A stretch of DNA of 64,000 bases from an uncultured virus (IMG/VR IMGVR_UViG_3300037493_005316) (lineage: Duplodnaviria > Heunggongvirae > Uroviricota > Caudoviricetes). Shown piece after piece: positions 19,298 to 28,639 of the stretch. Every line of letters starts with the position of its first letter. The stretch's first letter is position 1. The position numbers and the translations under genes were made by a program. The DNA is taken from IMG/VR virus record IMGVR_UViG_3300037493_005316; one strand, written 5' to 3'. The notes beneath the pieces were generated by a model. It was not told the origin of the DNA, did not search any database, and saw nothing but the letters and a program-made list of their open reading frames with translations.

Positions 19298-21059
19298 GTT
19301 CCTTGTCGTCGGAGGCCACGCTGTCATCGCCTACAGCAAGCCACGTTTCACGAAAGACCTAGATATCTGGGTTGGAACGTCACCCGAAAACGCTAGAAGA
19401 GTCATGCGCGCCCTGAAGGATTTCGGCGCGCCCCCTGGTTTTTCTGAGAAAGATTTCACCACGCCTGGAACGGTGGTGCAGTTTGGTGAGGCTCCTTTGC
19501 GGGTAGACATCTTGATGGACATCACTGGAGTTCCAGACTTCGATCGTGCTTGGGAAGCACGAACCCTGGCTGCGACGGATCGCGTGCCTGTCCCTCTTAT
19601 TGGAATTGACGACCTGATCGCAAATAAAGCAGCGATTGGGGATCCCCGAAGGAAGAACGACGGAAGAGACCTGAAGGCGCTCCTGAAGACGCGGGAGCGG
19701 CTTGAAAAACCTCCGCGGTTAGCGAAAGCGCGCCCTGGAAAGTTAGAGCGCCTTCCGGACTCGCGCCCGCGACCCCCGACGATTGGTGGTCTCTGCGACT
19801 GGCCCGAGGGCCAACAAGTCGGCGTGGTCGTTCGGGCGCTCGATATCGCGTCGGGGACCGCGAAGATCGAGTACCGGGGCCGCGACGGTGCGGTCCTTCG
19901 GTCGGTGCCCCTCGCGAACCTGACGAACTGCCGCGGAGCGCCGCGTCCGCCCTCGACCCCCACCAAGCCCCGGAAGTTCGGGGAGCGCCCCGCGTGGTTG
20001 AAACGGTCACCTAAGGTAGAACGGCTACCACACGACTACAACCCAGAGTGGGACTTCACTCTCGATAAAAGGGCGCCGAAGCAAGTCAAAGAGACTGTTG
20101 TTCGACGTATGACCCATGTTCAGGACTACCTCGAAGCGCTGGGTGTTGGACACGCCACGGTGCATTTCGTCGTGGGTTTTCAAGACGATCGCGGACATGT
20201 CGCTCGATACATCAACGGAACGTCGTCCGCGCCCGTGTTTGTGTTCAATGCTCGTGCGCACGTGAACGCGGCGTCGGATGAAGTCGAAGTTTCACTCTTG
20301 CACGAGGCAGGACACGCGTACTTCGATAGCCGTGGCCTGTCGGGAGAGGATCCAGAGGGTGAGGAAGCGGCGGTCGAAGAGGCTGCGCGCTGGCTTGTCG
20401 AGCGCCCGGGGGACTTTGGTTTGGCGCGGAAGTTCTTGGACCGTCTGGCTCGGAAGCTAGACTCCGGAACGGAGCAACTTCCCTCCGGAACCATGGAAGC
20501 CTGCCCCTACGTCCCCGGTACGGATCCGGTCGAGTACATCCGCGCCGACCACACGGAGATTCGGGGTCTGCTCTCCGAAGTCGCTCGCGTCCTTCCCACG
20601 GACCCTCCCCGCGCCAGGAAGCTCTTGCGTCAGGCGCGGCTCGACATCGAGCAGCACCTCGTGAGCGAGGAGGACGAGGTGTTCCCGCTTTGGGAGCGCG
20701 AACATCCCGAGTACGCGGCGGAGCTTCACGGGTTCATCCATGAGCACCCAGGTCTTCTGGCTAACATCTGCGCCCTCGAACAGCGCCTGACCTTGCCGGG
20801 TCTTCTCAAGTTCATGGCGAAGGTCTCGGACCACTCGCAGCGCGAGGACCGCGTGTTCGGGATCGACGGAGGTACCCGCGCCGGTTACGAGGAGCGTATG
20901 CGTTCCCGCCCTCGAAATCGCCCCGCCGTCAAGAAGGCCCATCGTCTGGGTCCGGAAGTCGTGCTGTTGACGAAGCGCGGCGGCGCGCACCAGAATCGTC
21001 CGCGCGACGTGGCGACGGGAAGGGCGAAGCCGAAGCACAAGAAGCCCCTGGACGAGTGA
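19239..21059 (+). CDS. polyvalent protein C (606 aa): nucleotidyltransferase (DUF6036/MNT-like) / SH3-like / zincin / hemerythrin-like
   Basis: AAGGAG upstream of GTG; VVGGHAV..PRFTKDLDIW..LIANK; LLHEAGH; DHTEIR..EQHLVSEEDEVFP..HEH..HSQRED. Confidence 0.8.
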   Translation: MELPKDFEDLVSALSTAGAKFLVVGGHAVIAYSKPRFTKDLDIWVGTSPENARRVMRALKDFGAPPGFSEKDFTTPGTVVQFGEAPLRVDILMDITGVPDFDRAWEARTLAATDRVPVPLIGIDDLIANKAAIGDPRRKNDGRDLKALLKTRERLEKPPRLAKARPGKLERLPDSRPRPPTIGGLCDWPEGQQVGVVVRALDIASGTAKIEYRGRDGAVLRSVPLANLTNCRGAPRPPSTPTKPRKFGERPAWLKRSPKVERLPHDYNPEWDFTLDKRAPKQVKETVVRRMTHVQDYLEALGVGHATVHFVVGFQDDRGHVARYINGTSSAPVFVFNARAHVNAASDEVEVSLLHEAGHAYFDSRGLSGEDPEGEEAAVEEAARWLVERPGDFGLARKFLDRLARKLDSGTEQLPSGTMEACPYVPGTDPVEYIRADHTEIRGLLSEVARVLPTDPPRARKLLRQARLDIEQHLVSEEDEVFPLWEREHPEYAAELHGFIHEHPGLLANICALEQRLTLPGLLKFMAKVSDHSQREDRVFGIDGGTRAGYEERMRSRPRNRPAVKKAHRLGPEVVLLTKRGGAHQNRPRDVATGRAKPKHKKPLDE

Positions 21060-21079
21060 AGATCGGTTAGACTGCGTAC

Positions 21080-21376
21080 ATGCTCCGAATCGTCACCGGA
21101 TTCTTGGGCCGTATGTTCGACCGCGAGGCTAAACAAGCCTCGAAGGTCCTGTGGGATTCTGCGCGTGCGGCTACCTACGCTCCGTTCGTGGTGAGCACGA
21201 TCCTCATGGTCATCCACAAGCTCGATGCCGACCACTGGTCCCAGATTACGCTCGCGACCATCGCCGCTGACGGGGCCAAGAGTGCTGCCGAGTCGTTCTT
21301 TGACGGTGTGAAGGGCGTGGTTGGGAAGGTCGGGACGATCTGGGGCGGGACGCCGGATAATGACGACGACTCTTAG
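21080..21376 (+). CDS. small hypothetical membrane protein (98 aa)
   Basis: hydrophobic segment YAPFVVSTILMVI; TAGACT 6 nt upstream of ATG. Confidence 0.5.
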   Translation: MLRIVTGFLGRMFDREAKQASKVLWDSARAATYAPFVVSTILMVIHKLDADHWSQITLATIAADGAKSAAESFFDGVKGVVGKVGTIWGGTPDNDDDS

Positions 21377-23714
21377 GGCACGGGCTCTCCGAGCCACTCC
21401 GCAGGCACCTTGTGCTCGTACATCGCCCACGAGGACAGGTCGTCGAGGGGATAGACGTGGAACCCGTAGTGCTCGGTGAACACGAGCAACCACTGACCCG
21501 CCGTTTCGCAGGCACCCCACGCACCGGGTTTCACTTCGGGGTCCTTCCATTTCAACAGAAAGGCGGACTCGAAGAACAACAGCGTGCCTTCTTCGTGAAC
21601 GAGCTTCACGGCGCGACGGAATCGAGGATCCGTGGCGAGAAGGTCCTTGTCGTACGCCTCGGCCACCTCGTGTGCGCGTTTCATGTCGGTGGACATCGTC
21701 ATTCGGCGGGCTCGCCGTCGTAGTCAACCTCGACGGGGCTCGCGTCCTTCTCACGCTGGACACGCGCGCGTTCGTCTTCTTCAAGGAGGCGGCGGCGTTC
21801 ACGTTCGAGGCGATCTCGCTCTTCAGCCGCCTCGCCTCGGATCTTCGCCAGAATAGGTGGGGGCCAATGACCCGGCGGTCGGTATCGACTTGCGTTCCAG
21901 TCCAAGCTCACGATTTCACCTCGCTGAGGATCTCTCGCCAGTTTATCAGCGACTTCTTCCCGTGGGCGATGACGTCCGCGGCGTCCCGAGTGTCCGGCCC
22001 CTGAATCATCTTCGCCGCGTCGGAGAGCGCCTTCGACTCGGCCGCGAGACGCTTCCCGTTGTGGTTACCCTCGTTCATGCCCGCGAGGCGGGCGCGGGTC
22101 ACGGACTCGATGCGGAGCACCTCGACGTTCGTCTTGTGGACCTCGGACACGCGTCGCAGGTCGTCGAGCAGCACGTCGAGGGAGTCGCACGCTCCTGTCA
22201 GCGCCTCGAACAGTCGAGACTCCAAGCAGCTCAAGTCCCCTTTAGACTTCATTTCTGGTTCCTCGATGCCGCACAGGAGCGCGGACGCACGAATGGACGC
22301 GTCGTAGCAAACACCGCTTCGGTCGTTCGCGAGGTCGGCTTCGTCCGCGAGGGGGCGAATACACTTGGGACAGAGTCCCTTCGCAACGATTTCGGCCATC
22401 GTCATCTCAGTGTCCATTCGGGTGATCTCCGAGGAACTCTTCGTTCCATGCGTCGGTTACGTGCGGCAGCTTCAGTCGCGATGGAGCTACTACGTGGGAT
22501 AGCAACCACTTCCACCAAGGGACTTCGATCTCCCTGAAGGTCGGGGCGTTACCGTAGATGAGTTCGCCGTCACAGTCGCAGTCGCGATCGTCACAGCGCA
22601 CGAACTTTGGGATCTTGAGTTTCACGGGGTTCGCCGGGTTCGGTAAGTTACAAGGCGCCGTCAAGCACTTCAAGCGCGCTTTTTGTCGCCCTTCTCGAAT
22701 GCGGCCAGGAGCCCCGCGATGTACGAGGCGATCGTCTGATCCGCCAAGTCCCGCCCCGCCTGTCCTGTCTCGGGCCCTTCCGCCACCCGTCCCGGCGACA
22801 GGGTGGAATTGGGGTCGTACGCGTACACGACCCATCCAGACGGCGTGACCTCAGCCGCGGTCTTTCCAGGTGCCCAAAAGCGCTGCTGAAGGTCTCGCAA
22901 AGGGTGGAACCACGTCCACCACGCGTCGGGATTCGGATCCCAGTGCGTAGGTTCGCGCGGGACGGGGAGTCGGTTCACGTTGTTCACTTCTCATCCCCCT
23001 TCATCCAGTCCGCGAGTCCCGTCGAGCAGCTCTCGCACAGGTGTCCCGACTTCGAGCCAGCCGCAGAGCCCTCGTATTCGTAGATCGTCCAGCCCGTGGG
23101 CAGGGTCACAGCGAAGCGACGCTTCTTCGGCGGCGGAGGGGCGTGCGGGCGACTTCGCCAAGGCGTTTCCGGAGTCCCGGGTTCCGGCAGTTCCTTCTTC
23201 TTGGGCGTGCGTTCCTTCACGTCTCCGCAGCGGTCGCACTTCCAGACGATGACTTTCATTCTTGCTCCTGTTGTTGTTTTTTTTTACCTGAACGTCATCG
23301 TGGTCGGGCGTTCCCGCACCAGAACGCCGTCGTAGTCGATCTTTCCCGTGTCGACGCGCTCGTTGGTGCGGAGGAATAGCTCGACGTCTAGGACCCAGGC
23401 TTCCGCGACGTGCTTCGGGAACCTGACCGCCATGCAGATTTCCCACCAAGGCGTGCTTTTCGACATCGGAGTCGGTACGTGCATCGGAGCCAGCATCGTG
23501 ACTTCGCGAAAAGGACCGCGCCGACTACCCTTCCGCGTCCAGATCGAGCCGACGGGCAGGAGCTTTGCGTAGCGAATTTCATCCGCCTTCAGACGCGTGA
23601 GGACATCCGGTTGTTTTTCGCGCACCTGCTGCCAGCACTTGTCGTAGTACGCACTCCGAAGCCGAAGATCATCGAGGTCACGTTCATACGCTTTGTTGAT
23701 CTCTTCGGGCCCGG

Positions 23715-24584
23715 TCACGGCGTCTTTTCCGGCACGGGCGCGCTGACGGGCTCCGTCACCTTGAGTTTCCAGTACATTTCGACGCGTGACGCGCGTGTGA
23801 AAGGGTGTCCGAAGGATGTCGTGTCCACGTGCCTTGTAGCGCGACACACGCCTACACCAGGGTGTCGAATCGACCACACAGGCTGTCCGTCTTCGGGTGG
23901 GTGGGCTTCCACGAAGGTCCACTCCGCGGCCTGTCCCACAACGAGGGTTTCTCCAGCAGCGGGGACGTGGTTCTCCATCGCCGCTTCGCGCTCGGGGCCG
24001 ACATCAGGGTACTTGCTCGCGACGTCGAACAGACTCAAAGGGAACAGGTCGTAGGTAATGCCTTCTCCCTTTTCCACGAGTGAGTACCAGGGGCGGGACA
24101 TGTAGGTCGGAGGCGGGACGGGGAGAGGGTCCTTGCCTTCGAGCAGCATTCTGCCGAGCAGCCCTCCGCGTAGGGAGTGGTCTGCTTCGATGTCGAAATG
24201 TCGCGCGTCGGTGATGCGGACTTTGTAGTCGGCTTTGTCGCTCTCACGGAACGCCCACCACTTCGAGATTGTATCGAGTGTGCGGTGCGCCGCAACGTAC
24301 GCATCGTGGGGATCTGGTTTCATCAGCGGGACGGGCACGTCCTCGCCCTTCAATCGGGCCAGCGCGATGTCGTCTTCGACGTAGAAGATCGCGTTGGGGC
24401 GTGCATCGAGCGTGTTCACCAGAAGCTGGGTCAGGCGCAGGTCGGGGGCTTTCTCCCACGCCACGCGCAAAGCTTCGAGGAGGATGGGGATGCGGGCGGG
24501 GTCGCGCGTCGGCGCGTTCTTCATACGGTCAAGCTGCTCTTGGACCGCCGGGGAGAACTCGGGCTCGGGCTCGTGCTTGCTCAT
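23715..24584 (-). CDS. hypothetical protein with DUF1040/YihD-like N-terminal motif
   Basis: RDPARIPILLEALRVAWEKAPDLRLTQLLVN...IFYVEDD. Confidence 0.5.
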   Translation of the reverse strand: MSKHEPEPEFSPAVQEQLDRMKNAPTRDPARIPILLEALRVAWEKAPDLRLTQLLVNTLDARPNAIFYVEDDIALARLKGEDVPVPLMKPDPHDAYVAAHRTLDTISKWWAFRESDKADYKVRITDARHFDIEADHSLRGGLLGRMLLEGKDPLPVPPPTYMSRPWYSLVEKGEGITYDLFPLSLFDVASKYPDVGPEREAAMENHVPAAGETLVVGQAAEWTFVEAHPPEDGQPVWSIRHPGVGVCRATRHVDTTSFGHPFTRASRVEMYWKLKVTEPVSAPVPEKTP

Positions 24585-25030
24585 TTCGAGCCTCCCAAAA
24601 CGTGTCGAACGTGATTCACAAACTCTTGCGGCGGCCGGACACCGTGGACCCGTACGTAGTGCGCGAACCCTTCGGGCCAGACGTACTCGTCGTCGCAGAG
24701 ACAGCTCGGCCCGGTGACCACGTCGCAGAACCGACAATCAGACAGGCCCATCCACGCCAAAAAGTGCTGCCCTTGTTCGAGGTACTTCGCGACGAGTTCG
24801 CGCTCGCCGGGATCCCAGTTCCGGTCGACGAAGTCCTTTGGATTTGGGAGCGAGGGTTCATACTTCGAGTGCCAGTACCCCAGGGCTCGGCGATGTTTCA
24901 CAGTCCTGAAGCCGGGGCCGTCACTGGCACGTGTACGCTTCACCCCCTTGCGCAGAAGGTCGTCGGTGATCTGCGCGACGCTCGCATCCGGGTGTCGAGG
25001 AAGGATCATCTCAGAATTTGGAATGCTCAT
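24581..25030 (-). CDS. conserved viral hypothetical protein
   Basis: YLEQG..WMGLSDCRFC..YVWPEGFAHYVRVHGVRPPQEF motif. Confidence 0.55.
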   Translation of the reverse strand: MSIPNSEMILPRHPDASVAQITDDLLRKGVKRTRASDGPGFRTVKHRRALGYWHSKYEPSLPNPKDFVDRNWDPGERELVAKYLEQGQHFLAWMGLSDCRFCDVVTGPSCLCDDEYVWPEGFAHYVRVHGVRPPQEFVNHVRHVLGGSK

Positions 25031-25537
25031 TTTTGGCTCCGTACGTCGGCGCTTTCCAGGGTGCGTACGAGATCGTCCATCTGTTCGAGCAGGATCACCC
25101 CGGGCTTCCGACCTTCACGAATGTCGGCAAGAACACCTTTGAGCAGGAACCCCATCGGGGCCGCGTAGTCGCCGCGTAGGAACAGGCCCGGCCAATCGTC
25201 GCCGAACTGGACGACGCCCGTTTCGAGCCGGGGTTCGACGGCAGGGAGAGAGGTGAGGTTTTGGGTGGTCTTCACGGCTCATCCAGCCAGTCAGGAGCTT
25301 CACCACACCTCGCGTAGTTGGCTCGGACTTCTGCACGCTGCGCAGGTGTGCTTTTCAACGCGTGTCGGCGGTTCGCGGACCAGTTCTCGTCGTCCGACAG
25401 CGCGTCCCATAGGACGTCGAGTTCCGAGAGGAACACTTCCTCTTCGTCGTCGGTCAGCTTGCCGAGGTCTCGACGGTTCAGGAACTCGTCGGCCTTGTCC
25501 TCGTACGCCTGAACGGCGGGTGTCAGGAGGGGCTCTC

Positions 25538-26074
25538 TCACGAGCACCCCGTCGTCTGTCCACACGCGCGGCACAGGAGGCACGCGCCGTTGCGAACCAC
25601 CTTCATGGACCCGCACTCAGGGTTGGAGCAGGTGTCTCCCGTGTAGCCCTGGTCCCGAGCCGCTGAGACCGAGGCTTTGGACTTGGTGCCCGCACTCTCC
25701 GCGCGAGGAGCTTTCGTAGGGGCTTTCGTAGGGGCCGGGAGAGGGACAGGTGTCGGCGGGGTCACCTCGCGCACCTTCGGGTTCTTGGACAGCCCCGTTT
25801 TCACAAGGTTGACGCGCTCGATCATGATCTCCGGTGTGCGTCCTACGATCCTGAGCCAGGGGTGTTCAGGATGTGCTGTGATGAACCGTCGAGAGTAGCC
25901 CTCCCAGATGCAGGGCCAGCCCGTCTCGCTTTGCACCTTTGCCCGCCCCTCCGGGATGTCCACGTTCGTGGCTCCCGCAGGCTTCGGCGGCATTACGTGA
26001 TCCTCGCCCTCCATGGAGGTAGGATTCGTGAATTCCCGAAGCTGTTCCTCGGTTGGTTCGTCTTTTTCGCGCAT
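25538..26074 (-). CDS. protein ending in a class II RNR (NrdJ)-type C-terminal Zn ribbon
   Basis: ARDQGYTGDTCSNPECGSMKVVRNGACLLCRACGQTTGCS after a Pro/Ala/Lys linker; no catalytic RNR core. Confidence 0.65.
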   Translation of the reverse strand: MREKDEPTEEQLREFTNPTSMEGEDHVMPPKPAGATNVDIPEGRAKVQSETGWPCIWEGYSRRFITAHPEHPWLRIVGRTPEIMIERVNLVKTGLSKNPKVREVTPPTPVPLPAPTKAPTKAPRAESAGTKSKASVSAARDQGYTGDTCSNPECGSMKVVRNGACLLCRACGQTTGCS

Positions 26075-26091
26075 GGCGCCTCCGTCTAGTT

Positions 26092-26119
26092 AACGTAACC
26101 TGTGTTGTTACACTGTCAA
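26092..26119 (-). promoter_or_regulatory. sigma70-like promoter for the 26074->21373 operon
   Basis: TTGACA-16 nt ending GGT-TACGTT on the minus strand. Confidence 0.5.
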
Positions 26120-26227
26120 GGTACACGTCGTAGTCAGCTCTTCGTCTCTTCTCCATCGTACCGAAACCCCCGCTGCAAGTCGTCACGTGGCTCGCCGCTC
26201 TGCCTTACTTGGGATAGACTGACCCGC

Positions 26228-28639
26228 ATGGCACGTACAACACCACCGGCTGTCATCCCTCCTGAAAAACACGCGCCCAAGCGCGGGGCCCTGTCCCGAG
26301 CTAAGCAGGCCATCGGCCGTGCTGCCAAGAAGGGGCTCGACGCCGAGGCCAAGTACGGTGGCGGCATCACGGCCATTACCGGCGCCGTTGGGGCCACGGC
26401 TGGGGCTGCCTATGGCGCGGGCCCGATCGGCGCCGTGGTGGGCACGGCTGCGGGTGAAGGATGGCGCGCGGCCTACCGAGGTGCCGCGAAGAAGGCGGCG
26501 GCGTGGGATGCGGAGGAGGCGCTTCACGTAGAGCACCCGAGCGACGCCGACGATTTCCTTCGTGACGCCGGGTGGGCCCCTGTGCCCAAACGGCCCGGTC
26601 TGTGGTCCTTGGATCTCAACGACGGTGACACCGCGTACGTGACGGCGACGGGGAAGGGCGACTACTTGGTCTTCTTCGTAGAGCGCGAAGGAGGCGTGTC
26701 GCAGCGCCGCGTCGGTCTCAAAGGGATCGAGGGAGCGGTGCGGTCGCGAGATTCGTGGGTGAGTGCTGCTCATGGTGGTGGGGGTTTGCAACGAAAGCGC
26801 CTTCGCACCACGCCGGGAGGGTATCACTTCCCCCCCGATTACGCGGAGCGTCTCGGCGTTGGCACGCTCGTGGATATGTCCGCGTACATGCTTGTCGAGC
26901 ATGACCGAGAGCACAACGACGAGGTGTTCGCGGTGTACCGTGAACGGCGGCAGGCCCTTCGTCACGGCCGAGGCGACGCTCTTGATCCTTGGGACGTTCC
27001 GATGCAGGAACTTGTCCGGGGGCAGGTGGTCGAGATGGAGCACACGGACGATCCCCTCACGGCGATCGAAATCGCGATGGATCACCTCGCAGAAGATCGT
27101 CACTACTACACCAAGCTCGCGACGATTCACGAAGACCTTCCGGATGCGCGGGATGAAGCTCTCGACGCGCTGATTGAGGAGCTTGCACGCTTCTATGACA
27201 TGCTGGTGGAGGATCCTGACGACGTCGAAGCGGTGTTGCGAACCCTTGAGGAACGCTACGAGGCTGGGGTTTACAACGCGCTCTCGCCCAAGCAGAAGGG
27301 GGAGTTGGAGTACCTTATCGGGGCGCCACCGTTCGCCGACGAGACGCTGGTGTGGCTGGAGAGAACCCTCCGGAAGTTGGGTTGGAAGGACGAGGACCAG
27401 CTCGCAGGAGAGGCCGCAGGTAGAGCGATGTGGCCCTCGTCGGTCTGGAACGAAGGCTTGCATCTAGGTCCCACTTCGCGACGCCGTTTGGCCCAGGGCG
27501 TCCGCGCCGCGGGCCGAGTCGGCGCCGCTTTGGAAGGGGCCACCGTCAAGGGCGGTGCGTTCGTCGGTGGCGCCATCGGGGGCTCTCTCGGCGCGTCCGC
27601 CGGAAGCGCCGGGGGCCCGCTTGGTACCGTCGTCGGTGGCGGCGTCGGCGCCGCAGCCGGGGGCGCAGCGGGACGTGGACTGGTGCTCGCGGGGGCGTCG
27701 TTCCGGCGCGAGGCCGAACGCCGTGCGCTGGGTGCGCTTGAAGGGGAATACGAGGAGCCCGAAGCGTTGTACAGCGAGGCGCTGCGTTCCCGAGCACCAA
27801 CTGCTCGGCGTTCTCAGGCGCCGACCGCACGGAAGCAGCCTCGGCCGCAACGGTCGCGCGTGAAAGGTGGCACCCCGCGTTCACGCACCCGGGCCCCTCA
27901 GCGTCCCGTCGCTCTCGGCTCCCACACGTGTCTTGTGCCCGAAGGTGCGGTCACGGTTCGGGGCTCGTCGTCAGACAAGTGCCGCGCACCAGGGACGAAC
28001 ACGCCCGCGTGGCAGCAGTACGTCGCGTACGCGAAGTGGGTCCTCGACCGTCACGGTGTGAAACTCGACGCGAAGCCGCTCGGCTGCGGTTCGTATGGCT
28101 GCGCGTTCGGTCTACCCGGTCGCACCGACGTGGTCGTGAAGATCACCGGGGACCGTGCCGAGGCCGCAGCACTTCTGCGCGTGAACGAGGCGGTGGCGTC
28201 GGAACAGACGTCGTGGGACCGCCTGCCTGCACTCGCGAAGGCGTCGTGCATCTACGGAATGCTGGACGACTGTGACCGCCCTCTGCCGATCTTCGTGATC
28301 ACGCAGGAGCGTCTGCCGAAGCGTCTGTCGAAGGATGCGGGCCAGATCGTCAACGACTACTGGACGCAGATCCTCGACGTCGCGGCAGGTAAGAAGGACA
28401 CGCAGAACATTCGAGGCTGGTCCGAACAAGTCTTGGGGGAAGACGGCCTCGCGGAATTGGACGCGCTCATCGCGACCGTGGCGGAGCTGAGTCGGATTGG
28501 AGTCCACTGGACGGATCTGCACGAAGGCAACGTCATGGCCGACGCGAAGGGCCACTGGAAGATCGTGGACCTCGGGTTCTCGCGGTCGCCAGACACGACG
28601 GTAGGCGCGCTGTCGCCTACGCAGGGGCCCGTGAGCTAG
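26228..28639 (+). CDS. polyvalent protein D: glycine zipper / unknown / DUF5661-like / unknown / glycine zipper / kinase
   Basis: GQVVEMEHTDDPLTAIEIAMDHLAEDRHYYTKL; GCGSYGCAF..VKITGD..DLHEGNVM..IVDLG; ATG 26228 preferred over the track's 26102 start. Confidence 0.75.
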   Translation: MARTTPPAVIPPEKHAPKRGALSRAKQAIGRAAKKGLDAEAKYGGGITAITGAVGATAGAAYGAGPIGAVVGTAAGEGWRAAYRGAAKKAAAWDAEEALHVEHPSDADDFLRDAGWAPVPKRPGLWSLDLNDGDTAYVTATGKGDYLVFFVEREGGVSQRRVGLKGIEGAVRSRDSWVSAAHGGGGLQRKRLRTTPGGYHFPPDYAERLGVGTLVDMSAYMLVEHDREHNDEVFAVYRERRQALRHGRGDALDPWDVPMQELVRGQVVEMEHTDDPLTAIEIAMDHLAEDRHYYTKLATIHEDLPDARDEALDALIEELARFYDMLVEDPDDVEAVLRTLEERYEAGVYNALSPKQKGELEYLIGAPPFADETLVWLERTLRKLGWKDEDQLAGEAAGRAMWPSSVWNEGLHLGPTSRRRLAQGVRAAGRVGAALEGATVKGGAFVGGAIGGSLGASAGSAGGPLGTVVGGGVGAAAGGAAGRGLVLAGASFRREAERRALGALEGEYEEPEALYSEALRSRAPTARRSQAPTARKQPRPQRSRVKGGTPRSRTRAPQRPVALGSHTCLVPEGAVTVRGSSSDKCRAPGTNTPAWQQYVAYAKWVLDRHGVKLDAKPLGCGSYGCAFGLPGRTDVVVKITGDRAEAAALLRVNEAVASEQTSWDRLPALAKASCIYGMLDDCDRPLPIFVITQERLPKRLSKDAGQIVNDYWTQILDVAAGKKDTQNIRGWSEQVLGEDGLAELDALIATVAELSRIGVHWTDLHEGNVMADAKGHWKIVDLGFSRSPDTTVGALSPTQGPVS

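Larger units (their letters stand above)
21373..25541 (-). other. operon of ~11 small coupled hypothetical genes (approx. 21373-21702, 21699-21911, 21908-22417, 22407-22673, 22670-22987, 22984-23259, 23284-23718, 23715-24584, 24581-25030, 25027-25275, 25272-25541)
   Basis: chain of 4-nt stop/start overlaps; several CxxC motifs; typical phage early-gene block. Confidence 0.65.

Noticed and set aside
10327..20483. E-x-L junctions as DNA recombination sites or inteins
   Set aside because: Codons vary synonymously, no palindromic att-like structure, and no intein C1/HN-(C/S/T) termini seen
26102..26227. ORF-track start of protein D at 26102
   Set aside because: Overlaps the divergent promoter; ATG 26228 has a -10-like box upstream and fits better
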